A stretch of DNA of 62,948 nucleotides, filler included, from Basidiobolus ranarum (taxonomy: Eukaryota): assembly GCA_040143965.1 (NCBI GenBank). It is 50 parts of 50 records of this genome, joined end to end, with 100 filler letters (N's around TTAATTAATTAA, not from the genome) between each part and the next. Parts side by side here need not be neighbours in the genome. Positions count along the whole stretch, not along the records: positions 10,132 to 11,296 come from JASJQH010006171.1; positions 11,397 to 12,561 come from JASJQH010006172.1; positions 12,662 to 13,826 come from JASJQH010006173.1; positions 13,927 to 15,091 come from JASJQH010006174.1; positions 15,192 to 16,356 come from JASJQH010006175.1; positions 16,457 to 17,620 come from JASJQH010006176.1; positions 17,721 to 18,884 come from JASJQH010006177.1; positions 18,985 to 20,148 come from JASJQH010006178.1; 42 more parts are not named here. The stretch is one strand, 5' to 3'. Positions 11,126-24,037 of the stretch are shown piece after piece. A program made the translations under genes and the position numbers. The notes under the pieces were generated by a model. The model did no database searches. It was not told the DNA's origin and saw only the letters and a list, made by a program, of their open reading frames with translations. Numbering within the stretch: position 1 is the stretch's first letter; each line of letters opens with the position of its first letter.

Positions 11126-12661
11126 GATCCATAGTTCTCTGAGATTTTAGCCAATCATTTGCAACTATTTTGCAAGATCTTGAAGTTTCACTCCTGAAAC
11201 TGAAAAAATTGATTAAAATCAAATCTAACTTGATGATTTTATGATGGTAAGTAAGCAGTCAATCCCAAATGGATTAAAATTGTGATGGTTTTCCTANNNN
11301 NNNNNNNNNNNNNNNNNNNNNNNNNNNNNNNNNNNNNNNNTTAATTAATTAANNNNNNNNNNNNNNNNNNNNNNNNNNNNNNNNNNNNNNNNNNNNTAGA
11401 TTCTACTGACTTAAGTTCTCTGCTTTGCAACATTCATACAAATACTAATGTTCTCCATTCATTAGTGAAGAAACTACAAAAGTAGTTATGGCTTCTTTGT
11501 TTTGTTTGAAATAAAGATTTCACCTGTTGGTGACTGTCTCCCCCTAACCCTAAAATCAAATTTAACTTGATGATTTTGTGATGGTAAGTAAATGGTCATG
11601 TTAAAATGGATCAAAACTGTGACAGTTTTCTTGCAATAACAATTCTTAAATTTCTGTTAGAGATGCAAAATGAATGCTTTCTGTTTAGGCTCAAACTGTC
11701 CAATATTCCTTCATCCCTCCCATTACACTTATGCTGAAAAATGCTTTGGGTTTAAAGATATAAATGCCCTCTTTCAGGTTTGCAAATAGAAGGCTTTGAA
11801 GCAAAGATTTAGTGCTTTGATCTCTGCCATTAGGCCTGACCTACACCCAGCTCACTTGGGTTGATGGACTCTTTGATTCACTAGCTTTGGCCCTACAATG
11901 ATATTGCTGAAGCTACTCTTTATACCTTCCTTTCTCTAGTAAGCTCTACTAGAATTTCATATTTCTTCATTTAATGTTACTTTTTACCTTCCTTGATTAT
12001 CTAAAGCACTCCATATATAGGTGATGGTCAATAAAGTTTGTAAGAACCTAACCCTAAGCTAAAAAAGCAGCAAGTCTACATTACTGTTGCTGCCATTTAC
12101 TTCTGATATTTATAGCTTTGTCATACTAAACCCAGACACAATTGTGCAGAGTTAGCTAAAGGATGCAACATTACCTCTTGTGATTACAGTAAATTGCTGG
12201 TTGAACAGATTGTAAGCACCCAATTACTCATATGCACATATCACTAAATCATAGCCCTAACCATCTTTCTCTACATCACAAGAGCAACAAGAATACCTGG
12301 CTTACTGTTAAAAATTCGCAAACACTTGGATAGTAACTTGTAGCTCAACCGTTTCATTCAAACAGTGGATCTGCTACATTTCGATCCCGATATGTCAATG
12401 GCATCATCCTTTCAATATGTCTTCTATCTTCCGGCGAAGCAATCGCGACAGGATCAATCCAAGATCGACTTAGTTTACGAAAACTATTTGAAAGTCGAGT
12501 TGTCTCTAATGGCTTCCACTTTTTCGTTTCCACGTTCGATCCTCGCAAGAGGGGATATACANNNNNNNNNNNNNNNNNNNNNNNNNNNNNNNNNNNNNNN
12601 NNNNNTTAATTAATTAANNNNNNNNNNNNNNNNNNNNNNNNNNNNNNNNNNNNNNNNNNNN

Positions 12662-13826
12662 GATGGAGGGAGCAGCATGTTGCTGTAGCACAAGTACAGC
12701 ATTCTGAAGGTCTTGTATCATTGTTGAGAGACTCTCTAACTGTTGACCAGTTGCTTCCAAACACTGCTTTAATTGCAATAATGTGGCAATATTGCCTGTA
12801 ATGGCCTATATAGCAACTTCATAGTTTTTAGTTATGATTGTATACAAATCATTATAATGTTCTGCCTGCAATTCCCTTCTTGTAATAATTCTATGCAAAT
12901 TTTCTACAGGTGGTTGTTCAAAAGTGGGCAAAGTAGCCATTTTGGAGGTTCATGGTCTTGTGGTGTTTTGGTTGAACTTTGCTCAATTATTGCTTTACTA
13001 TATAATTGGCGGATTTTAATCTCTTCACCTGCACTATTGCTGGAAAGAAACACCTCTGGTAAATTGATTAATGCTTTATCATTACTTAAGTTAGTTTCCA
13101 GCATGTTACTGCCTTCCAAAGTGGATAGTGGATTGCAAGACTGCACATTAATCAAGTCCTATGTTCTTGCTGGTTTTTTTCTGTTTGTGCCAGCAGGCTT
13201 TGGCTTGGAAGCCAATTTTGATTTAGATTTTGAATGCTTCTTGAATGGCATTGAAATTTTCAGATGGTAAACTTGGTGTAATGAAATTGCTTAGAAACAG
13301 CTGATAACAAACTAAAATTGCCATCAATTACTGGAAATATCTTGTAAATCCCCTGATGACTCATCTTTGACACTGTCTCAAAATCAGCTGATGATATTGA
13401 TGAGCTATACCTAAAATACCACCCCTACATTGGAGGTGTTCTTTTTTCTGCAAAATCTTTCTCATGCTGCAACACAAATGTTTAAAGAAGCCCTGCTATT
13501 ATTGTCATAAATTATTGCACTATGAAAGCTGGAGGCTTAATAGAAGAACAATTACAGGCATGGTCACTGTATAAAGCCACCAGCTACACAAAGCCTGGTG
13601 TATAACTACAGTAATAAGTGCACTTAATTGACTTTAGTTTTGTTCATTGAGTCCACTAACAGTACTTTGCCTCAAAGTTTTGGTAACAATGCCAAAAGTC
13701 AAGATACTTTGGAGTTACCACAGTTATATGACCAGAATGAAGAAGGTCAAAATGCAACTTTGGTCAAACCAGTAAGTCCAGACAACTTTGAGGATGTGCT
13801 GCTAGATGTTGACCTTGGTTATTCCA
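12662..13826. mobile_element. CACTA internal segment spanning the ORF2 start (-) and the transposase start (+)
   Basis: Same divergent junction as 34130-35289, 50496-51290, 27000-27724 and 15530-16356. Confidence 0.8.
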
Positions 13827-14972
13827 NNNNNNNNNNNNNNNNNNNNNNNNNNNNNNNNNNNNNNNNNNNNTTAATTAATTAANNNNNNNNNNNNNNNNNN
13901 NNNNNNNNNNNNNNNNNNNNNNNNNNATGAGCTAAACCTTGGGTATGAAGAACTCTACAAAAATATTCAGGAGAATATATCAAAGAGACCAGGGATTTTA
14001 AAGGTGACAAATTAGTGTTCAAGTGGTAATTGTGTAAAATTTGAGTTACATTTTTTGCACATGTGTTGATCCATAGTTCTCTGAAATTGTAACCAATCAT
14101 GCGCAACTATTTTGCAACATCTTGAAATTTCACTCCAGAAACTGAAAAAATTCATTAAAATCAAATCTGACTTGATGATTTTATGATGGTAAGTAAACAG
14201 TCAATCTCAAATGGATTAAAATTGTCATGGTTTTCCCACAATAACAATCCTCAAATTTCTGTTAGGGACATAATACTTACTATGTTGGGAGGGGGAAGCT
14301 TTAAAGCCATAAGTTTCTACATCCTTTACTCTTGAACAAATACTACAGCTTCTTTGATCAAAAACAACTGTAAACTTTGTTGAAGTTTATTTTCTTTATT
14401 GTATTTGTTATCTCTGTCTTTATAAACCTAACTATTTCACAAATTACATATAAGTTAGTTAAGATTACTTAGTCAAATATCACATTACTACAAATCAGAA
14501 CATATATATTATATATATATGTGATAATGTAAGAATTAGCAATTCCATATGGGAAATTTCAAACTCACCCAAATTTTTTTCCCACAGATGTTCAGAACAC
14601 AAACCCAGTGTTAATTTTCCATTTTTCCACCAAATTGTATAATTGCTTCATATCTGGACAGTTACTAATTAGACTTGTTCCATTTTATAGAGCCAGATCA
14701 GGCCAGCTAAAAAGTGTGCCAGCACAAATTGGCATGATTGGGCACTATCTGGCACAATGTTATTTACCATTTAGGATACAGTTTGTTTTACTTATGTTGT
14801 AAATTTAAGAAAAGTACTTTTAGACATTATTGCACATTAAAAAGATGATGAAAACTTTAGTCATAGTGTCTTAAGTCTAGAGCTCTCAATGGATATGAAA
14901 AATTGATTAAAATCAAATCTAATTTGACAATCTTATGATGGTAATTGAATGATCAATCCCAAATGGATTAAA

Positions 14973-15091
14973 ATTATGATCAAGGATTCATTATACCCCA
15001 AGGTTCAAAGCGCTTTGCAGCAGGTTACTGCTCGTAAGGGCCAACCAATTATCATTTGCAACAACGATGATGATTCCCTCTCTGCTGATTA
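14973..15091 (+). CDS. GFA1: Fragment of glucosamine--fructose-6-phosphate aminotransferase (C-terminal SIS domain)
   Basis: KDSLYPKVQSALQQVTARKGQPIIICN matches my recollection of the GFAT segment (yeast [27 protein letters not shown]); CpG retained. Confidence 0.85.
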
Positions 15092-15191
15092 NNNNNNNNN
15101 NNNNNNNNNNNNNNNNNNNNNNNNNNNNNNNNNNNTTAATTAATTAANNNNNNNNNNNNNNNNNNNNNNNNNNNNNNNNNNNNNNNNNNNN

Positions 15192-15520
15192 AGAGTTCTA
15201 AATGGAGCAACGTTAAGGATTTATTGAATCAACACATGCTGATATGGTCTGTAAACTGAAAAAAAAACTCAATGGACTCAAGCAAGCACCCAGGGCATGG
15301 TACAACAAGATAGATACCTATTTGGAATCTCTAGATTCCAAAAATGCACAGCAGATCACAGTATTTACATCAAAACAACCGGAAATAGGTTCCTTATCTT
15401 AGCACTATATGTGGATGACTTAATCATAGCCACAAATGCTCAACAAGCACTTAATCAGACAAAAAGCAGCTTATCAAACCAATATCAGATGACTGATATG
15501 GGTGAATTAAGTTATTTGTG
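15192..15520 (+). pseudogene. Copia reverse transcriptase fragment
   Basis: GLKQAPRAW, LALYVDDLII, MTDMGEL. Confidence 0.95.
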
Positions 15521-16754
15521 ACTGTTATACAATTGTAATAAAACTAATAAGCACATGGTTACTGAGATTTGATTGAACTCTCTACTCTTCAATAATCAAA
15601 GCTGCCTCCTTTACTGTAAGTGTTACAAGTGGACTAATGCTTTCCAATAACAAAGAGTTCTTAACAAAATTGTTTGCTTTTTCTTAGAGTCTGCAACAAA
15701 ACTGTTGTCTTCTTCTTCAACTTCTGATATACTACCATTGGTACTGGAGTAACCATGTCAACTCCTAGCACCATGTTCTTGAAGTTGTCTTGATTTGCTG
15801 GTTAGACCACAGTTGCATCTCTACCTACATCATTGTGGTCACACAGCTGTGGTAACTCCACAGTATCTTGACTTTCAGCAGTGTTATCAAAACTTTGAGG
15901 TAAAGTAAAGCCAGTAGACTCACTGGGCAACACCAAAGTCAATTTTATGCACTTATTAATGTTGATGCTTGCCAGGATTTGCACAGCTGGTGGCTTTGTA
16001 TAGAGGCCATGCATGTGATTATATTTCTATGAAGCCTCTAAGAATTTGTGACAATATTAGTAGGGCCTCTTTAAATGTGTGTGTTGTGGCATGTGAAGGA
16101 TATTGTTAAAACAAAACACCTTGTACATAAGGGTGGTATTTCAAGTACAGCCCAACTATATCTGCAGTTGTTTTGGAGAAAGTTTACAAATGAGTCATCA
16201 GGGGATTAGCAAGATATTTCTGGTAACGCATGGCAATTTCAGTTTATTATAAGCAGTTTCTAAGCAATTTCATTACACCAAGTTTACCATCTGAAAATCA
16301 TAATGTCATTCAAAAAGCTTAAAAATTCTAAATAAAAATTGGCTTTCATGCAAAACNNNNNNNNNNNNNNNNNNNNNNNNNNNNNNNNNNNNNNNNNNNN
16401 TTAATTAATTAANNNNNNNNNNNNNNNNNNNNNNNNNNNNNNNNNNNNNNNNNNNNGCTTTCTACACCAAAGCGCTCTCCGGCCTTCTAGCCACTTCTCA
16501 TTGTTTCCAGGCCTTCTCCAGTTCCTTATTGTGACAGTTTGATCAGACTACTTACACTTGCCTGTAGACATCTCTCCATCCCTGTTCTCCAACCTTGAAA
16601 CCCCCTAGGTTGGCTTCCTTCATATTACCCTTCTTACCCAAGCTTCCTTGCTAAGGCAAAGGTACCTTCCACCTTTGGATAATTGCTTTAAGTGTATCCT
16701 TGTCAAGACACTACTAGTTGAGTTTAGAGTTGTTTTTGATCAAAGAAACTTTTG

Positions 16755-17498
16755 TACTTGGCCTATATATGGGCTGACCCAGCCAGAACTCAACAGTCTG
16801 AAAGAATATGTTGCAGAAAATCTGGAAAAAGGATTTATCCAATGTTCAAGTCTTAAGCAAGCTCTCCAATCTTATTTCTTACAAAAAAGGATGGATCTCT
16901 CCATCCCTGTGTTGATTATTGAGGCCTGAATAGCAATACAGGCTAAATTTGGTACCCCTTGCCATTAATCAACTCACTCTTGGATCAGCTTGCATCAGCT
17001 AAGGTGCTTACAAACTTTGATTTAAGAGGTGCATCCAATCTAGTAAGAATCAAACCAGGAGACCAATGGAAAACTGCTTTTTGAACTTGATATTGACACT
17101 TTGAACACAATGTCATGCCATGTGGACTTACCAATGATCCTACAGTCTTTCAACATGTGTTAATTGCAATCTTCAGAGAGTATCTTAACCAGTTGTGGTA
17201 ATCTACCTTAATAATATCTCGGCTTTCTCAAGCTCTCAAGAAAAACCTAAGATTCATGTCTCCAAAGTCCTAGAAGAGCTCAAACCTCTGGTCTCTATGC
17301 TAAACTTGAGAAATGTCAACTTGACCAAGCTCAAGTTGAATTCCTTGGAGATATCATCAGCCCATCAGGACTCTCCATGGACCCTAAGAAGGTTGAATCT
17401 GTTCTGTGTTGGGATACTGCCAAGGATGTGAAGGATGTCCAATCTTTCCTTGGATTTCCAAGCTCTAACTGACAGTTTGCCAAGAACTACTCCAAAAT
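16755..17498 (+). pseudogene. Ty3/gypsy (Tf1/sushi, chromovirus-like) reverse transcriptase, decayed
   Basis: PIYGLTQPEL..LKEYV.ENLEKGFI, CVDY.GLN, KTAF.T.Y.HFE..VMP.GLTN, VQSFLGF. Confidence 0.9.
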
Positions 17499-18984
17499 AG
17501 ACTTGTTCCATTGGACCAGGTCAGATTTTGCCACTTGATCCAGGCTGCTAGTACACCATACATCATGATTCTGATCTTGGCATACTGATCCACTGTAAAT
17601 AGAACTCTTCTATTATTAGANNNNNNNNNNNNNNNNNNNNNNNNNNNNNNNNNNNNNNNNNNNNTTAATTAATTAANNNNNNNNNNNNNNNNNNNNNNNN
17701 NNNNNNNNNNNNNNNNNNNNAATTGATAATATCTTAGTGAATTATAAGATAACTAAGTACTAAGCTATATATGACTATATAGGTGTTTAGGCAATGCTAA
17801 TTTCAACATAAAGAAGGTCCCAGGAACATGTGCACAGAGTTTGGGGCTACTAGCACAGATTTTAAACTCATATATTGGAGAACTTCTATGTTGGTAAACA
17901 TATTCTAACTAGATTCCAATGAACATTCATAATATCTTAGTGAAATAGAGGATAACTGAATACTAACTATATGACTATGTAAGTCCTTAGGCAAGCTATC
18001 TTCAGCACACTGAGCCTACAACTCTCTCAAGCCTGGCCTTAGATTGTGTAGGCAGATAGATTTAAGCTCTGATATCTTTGACCACAATGCCTATCAGAAA
18101 TGTAAGTCAAAGCACCAGCATGAAATGAATAAAAACCTTCACTTGAACATGATTTGCCATCAGAATCCCATCATATATTGGAATGAAAGCTGATTTGCTG
18201 CTTACTCAAATCTGTTAAAGAATTTGGGAGCCTGTTGGAAGTGATTTGGAGAATTAGAGAAATTGGGGGTTTCACTGATTAATTGATTGAGGAGAAAGTT
18301 GATATTTATAGTTTTGTCAGGGCATGAGCTAACTAACATGCAGAGTGTGTTAAAGAAGGTCTTGGAAACAAGTTTACAAAGTTTGGGGCTTCTACCATAA
18401 GTTTGAAAAATCTATATATCTGATAACTTAAAGTTGGTAAAAATCATTCCAAGTAAATTCCAATTAAGAGTGATGGGAAATATCATAGTGAAATATGAGT
18501 TAACCAAGTACTAAGCTATATATGACTATATAGGTTTTTAGGCAAAGCTATTTTCAACAAAATCATCCCTCCACTGGTTTGTCAATTTTTTATTGTTTAA
18601 AATTCATTCTCAAATCCTCTCACCTTCTTTTTAAAAGTTTTCACAGAGTGCAATAAAGTACTTTAAGTTTTATTCATCATAGTTAGTCAGGATTCAGCCA
18701 CCCCCCTTAGAACATTGTGTTGAAAGTCTGGTGACTTGTGGTACAAGCAGTAATTCCCAAAGAGGAAAATATGGAGTATGGTGACTGCATCTGAACACAA
18801 AGTCTAAGGCCAATCAGTTGCTTGTAAAGCTGAAATGCCAAAGTACCATACATTGACAGACTAGGTTAAGGTTCCCTAGCAATANNNNNNNNNNNNNNNN
18901 NNNNNNNNNNNNNNNNNNNNNNNNNNNNTTAATTAATTAANNNNNNNNNNNNNNNNNNNNNNNNNNNNNNNNNNNNNNNNNNNN

Positions 18985-20148
18985 ACCATCCAGAGCCAAT
19001 GCAAATGCATGATCATACATGTTCTCAAAGAAACCTTGACTTTTCAGATTCTGGTAGTGATATCCATCAAGTTTATCAGTAATACCATCAGCTTTCTGGT
19101 GAGTACTTTGGTATTGGATCAATGAACTATATTTGGGTGATTTCATCAAAACTTTAAGATCAGGAATCAACAGTATGTAAGCCAAATGTGAACAATATAT
19201 ACCTGATTCAGTGATTGCCAATTGTGTGCAAACAGTACATAACTTCAGGTTTTTCAGATCACCAGTGAAAGCCAAATAACCATTTGGACATGAAGGTAGT
19301 TCATTTACTGAACAATCAAAAGTCATACATTTGACAAGTATTTTCACTTGTACTAGGTCTGTGGCAAGTAACAGTTGCCAACCAACTGTGGTAAGAGTGT
19401 AAGAAAACCAATCAACACCTAGTTGCTAAGATTGGATTGAACTCTCCACTCCTCCATAATCAAAGCTGTTTCCTTTACAGTAAGTGTTATGAGTGGACAA
19501 ATGTTTGCTGATAACAAAGAGTCTATAACAAAACCATCATCTTCTTCAACTTCTGATATACTACCATTGGTACTGGAATAACCAAGATCAACATCTAGCA
19601 GCATGTCTTCAAAGTTGTCTGGACTTACTGGCTTGACCAAAGTTGCATTTTGATCTATATCATTCTGGTCATACAACTATGGTAACTCTATGGTATCTTG
19701 ACTTTTGGCAGTGTTACCAAAGCTTTGAGGCAAACTACAGTCAGTGGACTCAATAGGCAAAACTAAAGTTGATTTAGTGCATTTATTACAGTTGCTATAC
19801 ACCAGACTTTGTGCAGCTGGTGGCTTTATATGGTGACCATGCTTGTGGTTATTTCTTCTATAAAGCCTCTGGCTTTCATAGCACAAGAATTTGTGATAAT
19901 AATAGCAGGGCTTCTTTAAATGTTTGTGTTGCAACATGAGAAGAATATTGTAGAAAAAAGAACACCTCATACATAAGGGTGGTATTTTAGATATACCCCA
20001 TCAATATCATCAGCTGATTCTGAGATGGTGTCACAGATGAGGCATCAGGGGATTTACAAGATATTTCTGGTAATGGATGGCAATTTTGATTTATTATAAG
20101 CTGTTTCTAAGCAATTTCATTACCCCAAGTTTACCCTCTCATAATTTA
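18985..20148 (-). pseudogene. CACTA transposase N-terminal half, decayed
   Basis: CYYxHKFLCYESQRL..., CPNG..., HAFALALDG. Confidence 0.85.
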
Positions 20149-20902
20149 NNNNNNNNNNNNNNNNNNNNNNNNNNNNNNNNNNNNNNNNNNNNTTAATTAA
20201 TTAANNNNNNNNNNNNNNNNNNNNNNNNNNNNNNNNNNNNNNNNNNNNTCTTGGTGAGATAGATGGAGATACGCAGTATTATTGTTTTAGCCATGGGGTA
20301 ATCTATTCAAGCAATGACACATCTACGTGTGGCAGGACATTTGTTGACTGCAAGCCAGGGATATATTGGCTGAATTCTTTACGGAAATTTGCCAAAATCT
20401 AAGAACTTATTCTCATTGTGAACGGTAACAAGAGTCAGCTATTTGCCAAGTGTTAGTGCTATTCAAAATTTCAGATGTTTAGCAATGTTTCCACCATTAG
20501 TTTGCTGGTAAAGCATATTGATGTTGTTGAGTTATGTCTAATCAGTCAGATATGTGCGTATGTAGAGACTAAACACATCAAGATTCTTGTATTTTTTGAT
20601 TCTCATTATGGCTGAAATACAAAGCCTAAAATATCTAAATAAAGGCATGCATATTAATTCGAACTCCTACAGCAGTAAACCCAGTAATTTGCCATTTGAA
20701 AATTATATTTTTGCCAAAATAGCTGGTTATTGAATAACACATGCCAAATTTGAGGATCAATATTTATACATGCATGAATACCGTTAAGATACCATCAAGA
20801 AACTGCCATCACACCATCAAAATCCCTGGCAGAATGCAAGCCAGGGATATTGTGACGGTTCTCTGATGGTTTTGCTATTTTGGAGGGTGGATCTAATCCG
20901 GA

Positions 20903-21411
20903 TCAAATCGATTTTATTTTTGTTAGGGCATTGTTAATCAGATTAGCATACAGTAATACTGACAATTTCACATGGAGCATCATTTCACTGCAGGTGCACT
21001 CCATTGGGAACTCCCAGAATGTATAGCAATGGCCTATAATCTCTAAGCATTGTGAAAGATGCAGCAGGGAATGTATTGAATACCAGCATAGATTCAGTCT
21101 ATCTTTTTTAAACCTGTAATAAAGTTTTTCATCCAATTACAAAATCTTGGCACAGTTGGTGTATCTGCCTGAGATCTGCCAATGTGAGTTGATGCTGTAA
21201 GAATATATTGACAATATTGACAAACAACTCCCAATGTTGCCAATACTTATCAGGCAGAAATCTTTTCAAAATTCCACTTGAATATTTACAAATCCAGTAC
21301 TTCCAGTCCTTGCATTTGAATAAATGCCTAGATGAGTGCATATTGATGGGAGTCCTGGTAAAATATGATGGTATCTTGACATTTTCAAGCATTTTCCCAA
21401 TCAATTCAATC
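20903..21411 (-). pseudogene. CACTA transposase C-terminal (DUF4218-like) region
   Basis: FKCKDWKYW, YWQHWELFV, SIHSLLHL...GHCYTFWEFPME. Confidence 0.85.
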
Positions 21412-21511
21412 NNNNNNNNNNNNNNNNNNNNNNNNNNNNNNNNNNNNNNNNNNNNTTAATTAATTAANNNNNNNNNNNNNNNNNNNNNNNNNNNNNNNNN
21501 NNNNNNNNNNN

Positions 21512-22674
21512 AGCAAAGTCTACGAAAAGGTATACACTGCTGATATGTGACAAACTGTATGGTCATACAAAACGTTAGGTTTGGGAGGACACTATAAGGA
21601 TAATGAGTTTACGAAGTGGTATTGAATCGCTAAAGACTATAGACAAATGACGAATGGTATGGTGATGACCAACGACGGACGTGGGAAAAACTTAAAGGGG
21701 AGTGTACAAAGTGCAGAAGACTAGATTTGCTAAAGACTACTGACGATTGATAATGCGCTTGGTGCCGAGAATAACGGGTATGGGTTAGCAAAGGGTTTGT
21801 TGACAATAAACAATGAATATAAAAAACACTTAAAAAAGAGTTTATGCAGTGCTAAAAACCACCGATAAGTGACAAAGAGTATGGTGACAACAAATTAAGG
21901 GTATGGGAGACACTTAAAGAAGAGTCGACGAAGTGTAAAATGCCAAGGAATGAGCGGTATGGGAAATACTTAAAGGAGAGTTTACGGAGAGCTAAAGACC
22001 ATTGACAAATGATGCAGAGTATGGTGCCACAAACGACGGGAATGGGAAACATTTAAAGGAAAGACTATAAAGTGGGAAAGAAGTGCCAAAGACTATTGAA
22101 AACGACGAAGGGTATGGTGATAACAAACAACTGGTACAGAAAACACTTAAAAGAGAGCCTGGGCAGAGATGAATGCTACTGGCAAGCGATGAAGGGTATG
22201 GTGCCCAGCACTAAGCGTTAGGGAAACACTTCAAGAATAGTCTATGACGAGTAAATGATGCTGACAAGTCACAATTGACAAATGATGAAGGGTATGGTGA
22301 TAACAAATGTCGGGTATGGGAAACACTAATAGCGAAGTCCACTAAGAGCTAGAGCCTGCTGACAAAAGGCAAAGGGTATGGTGATAACAAACGCCCGGTT
22401 TGGGAAAGGCTTAAAGGAGAGTTTATGAAGTGCCTAAGACTACCGAAAGGTGATAATAAGCATAGTGCCAGGAATAACGGGTGTGAGAAACACTTAAAGA
22501 AGAGTTTACGTAGCGCTAGAAGCTACTGGAAAATGGAACCTATCCAGTGCGAGGACTACTGGCAAATATTGAAGGGTATGGTGCCAAGAAACGATGAGTA
22601 TGGGAAACACTTAAAAGAGAGTCTAGAAACAATGGGTTTGGAAACGCTTATAGTTGAGTTCAAAAGGTGCTAGA
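21512..22674. repeat. Degenerate tandem repeat with ~84-bp unit
   Basis: GGTATGGTG at ~22111, 22195, 22291 and 22375 (spacings 84/96/84); recurring GGGAAACACTTAAA.GAGAGT. Confidence 0.85.
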
Positions 22675-23479
22675 NNNNNNNNNNNNNNNNNNNNNNNNNN
22701 NNNNNNNNNNNNNNNNNNTTAATTAATTAANNNNNNNNNNNNNNNNNNNNNNNNNNNNNNNNNNNNNNNNNNNNTAACTATGAAAGAATCTGTACTGCAA
22801 TCTTCAATAGTCAAGCCTAGATGAGTTGCAATAGGAATCTTTATTATCTTACTATGATACAGGGTAGAATATCTAGTTAAGGAAAAGATAAAGAATATGG
22901 TGCAGTTTGGATGGTGCTAAGGCTAGTAGCTTTTTCATTGGTGGCAAGGGCTGCTTATATAAAAAAACAGCTTAGAATAAATGTATGAATTGGTGGCTGA
23001 GAATAAATGCCATGAGTGGGTGACTTAGCATCAAAGTGCTAATAAGATCACTAAAAAAGCAGCTGTGGCTTTGAAACCCAGCACACATTAGCATCAAGTA
23101 CTGTTGCAGCCCTGTGCAAAATTTGAAGAGAATCCATTGGCTGGTTAAAAAGTTAGCACTAATTTTGTGAGCATCTTGGGGTCCAGAAATCCTGAGTTCT
23201 GAATATATGCTAGTGTTGATTTTTGTGTTGGAAATTGTGAAATGGTTGTAGCTCCACCAATATTTTTTTAATTGTCATGATTCTTGCATGGTTGCAAAGC
23301 TCACATTCAGGGGTTTTTGATTGCAGCTTGAATTACTGTAATAAGTTAAGTATTGATGTGACTATGAGCAATTGAAAATTCTTGTTCTTTTTCTTGATCT
23401 GTAAAATAGTTTAAGATAGCAATAGATAATATTCTTCCTGCTTATTATGTACAAGATACAATTGGAATATTTCCAATGC

Positions 23480-23937
23480 TACAGCATCTTTAATGCAATG
23501 TGTCTTAATGTTCAAAAGCTAAAACTGCCTTGGAGGTATGGAAAGCCTTGGAAGACAGCTACCAAACAAGTTCTGCTGCCAACAATGTGTTGCTGAGTAG
23601 GAAATTTTTTAAATTAAAGATGAAGCCAGGAGAAGACATTAAATTACTGATTACTAGAGTCACTATTTTAGTGGATGAAATTGAATGCATTGGAGTACCT
23701 ACCACTGATCAGATATCATAGCTACAGCCCTGAATAGCCTGCCACACAGGTTTCAGAGCATTATAATGGCTCTAGAATTATGTAATGAAAATATGACCTT
23801 GAATTATATATTGGGCAGAATTTGGGATTAAGAATTATGAAAATCAGGATCCAACTAAAAGAATGAAGAAAATGCTTTAATAGGCTTTGTGAAACCTTCC
23901 TATTAAGGTCAAAAGCCCTTAAGAATAAAAGTTACAT
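23480..23937 (+). pseudogene. Copia gag fragment
   Basis: VWKALE...LSRKFFKLKMKPGEDI; homologous to 62499-62797 (-). Confidence 0.8.
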
Positions 23938-24037
23938 NNNNNNNNNNNNNNNNNNNNNNNNNNNNNNNNNNNNNNNNNNNNTTAATTAATTAANNNNNNN
24001 NNNNNNNNNNNNNNNNNNNNNNNNNNNNNNNNNNNNN

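Noticed and set aside
21512-22674. CRISPR array
   Set aside because: Units are degenerate along their whole length, with no invariant repeat and unique spacer; eukaryotic context with no cas genes
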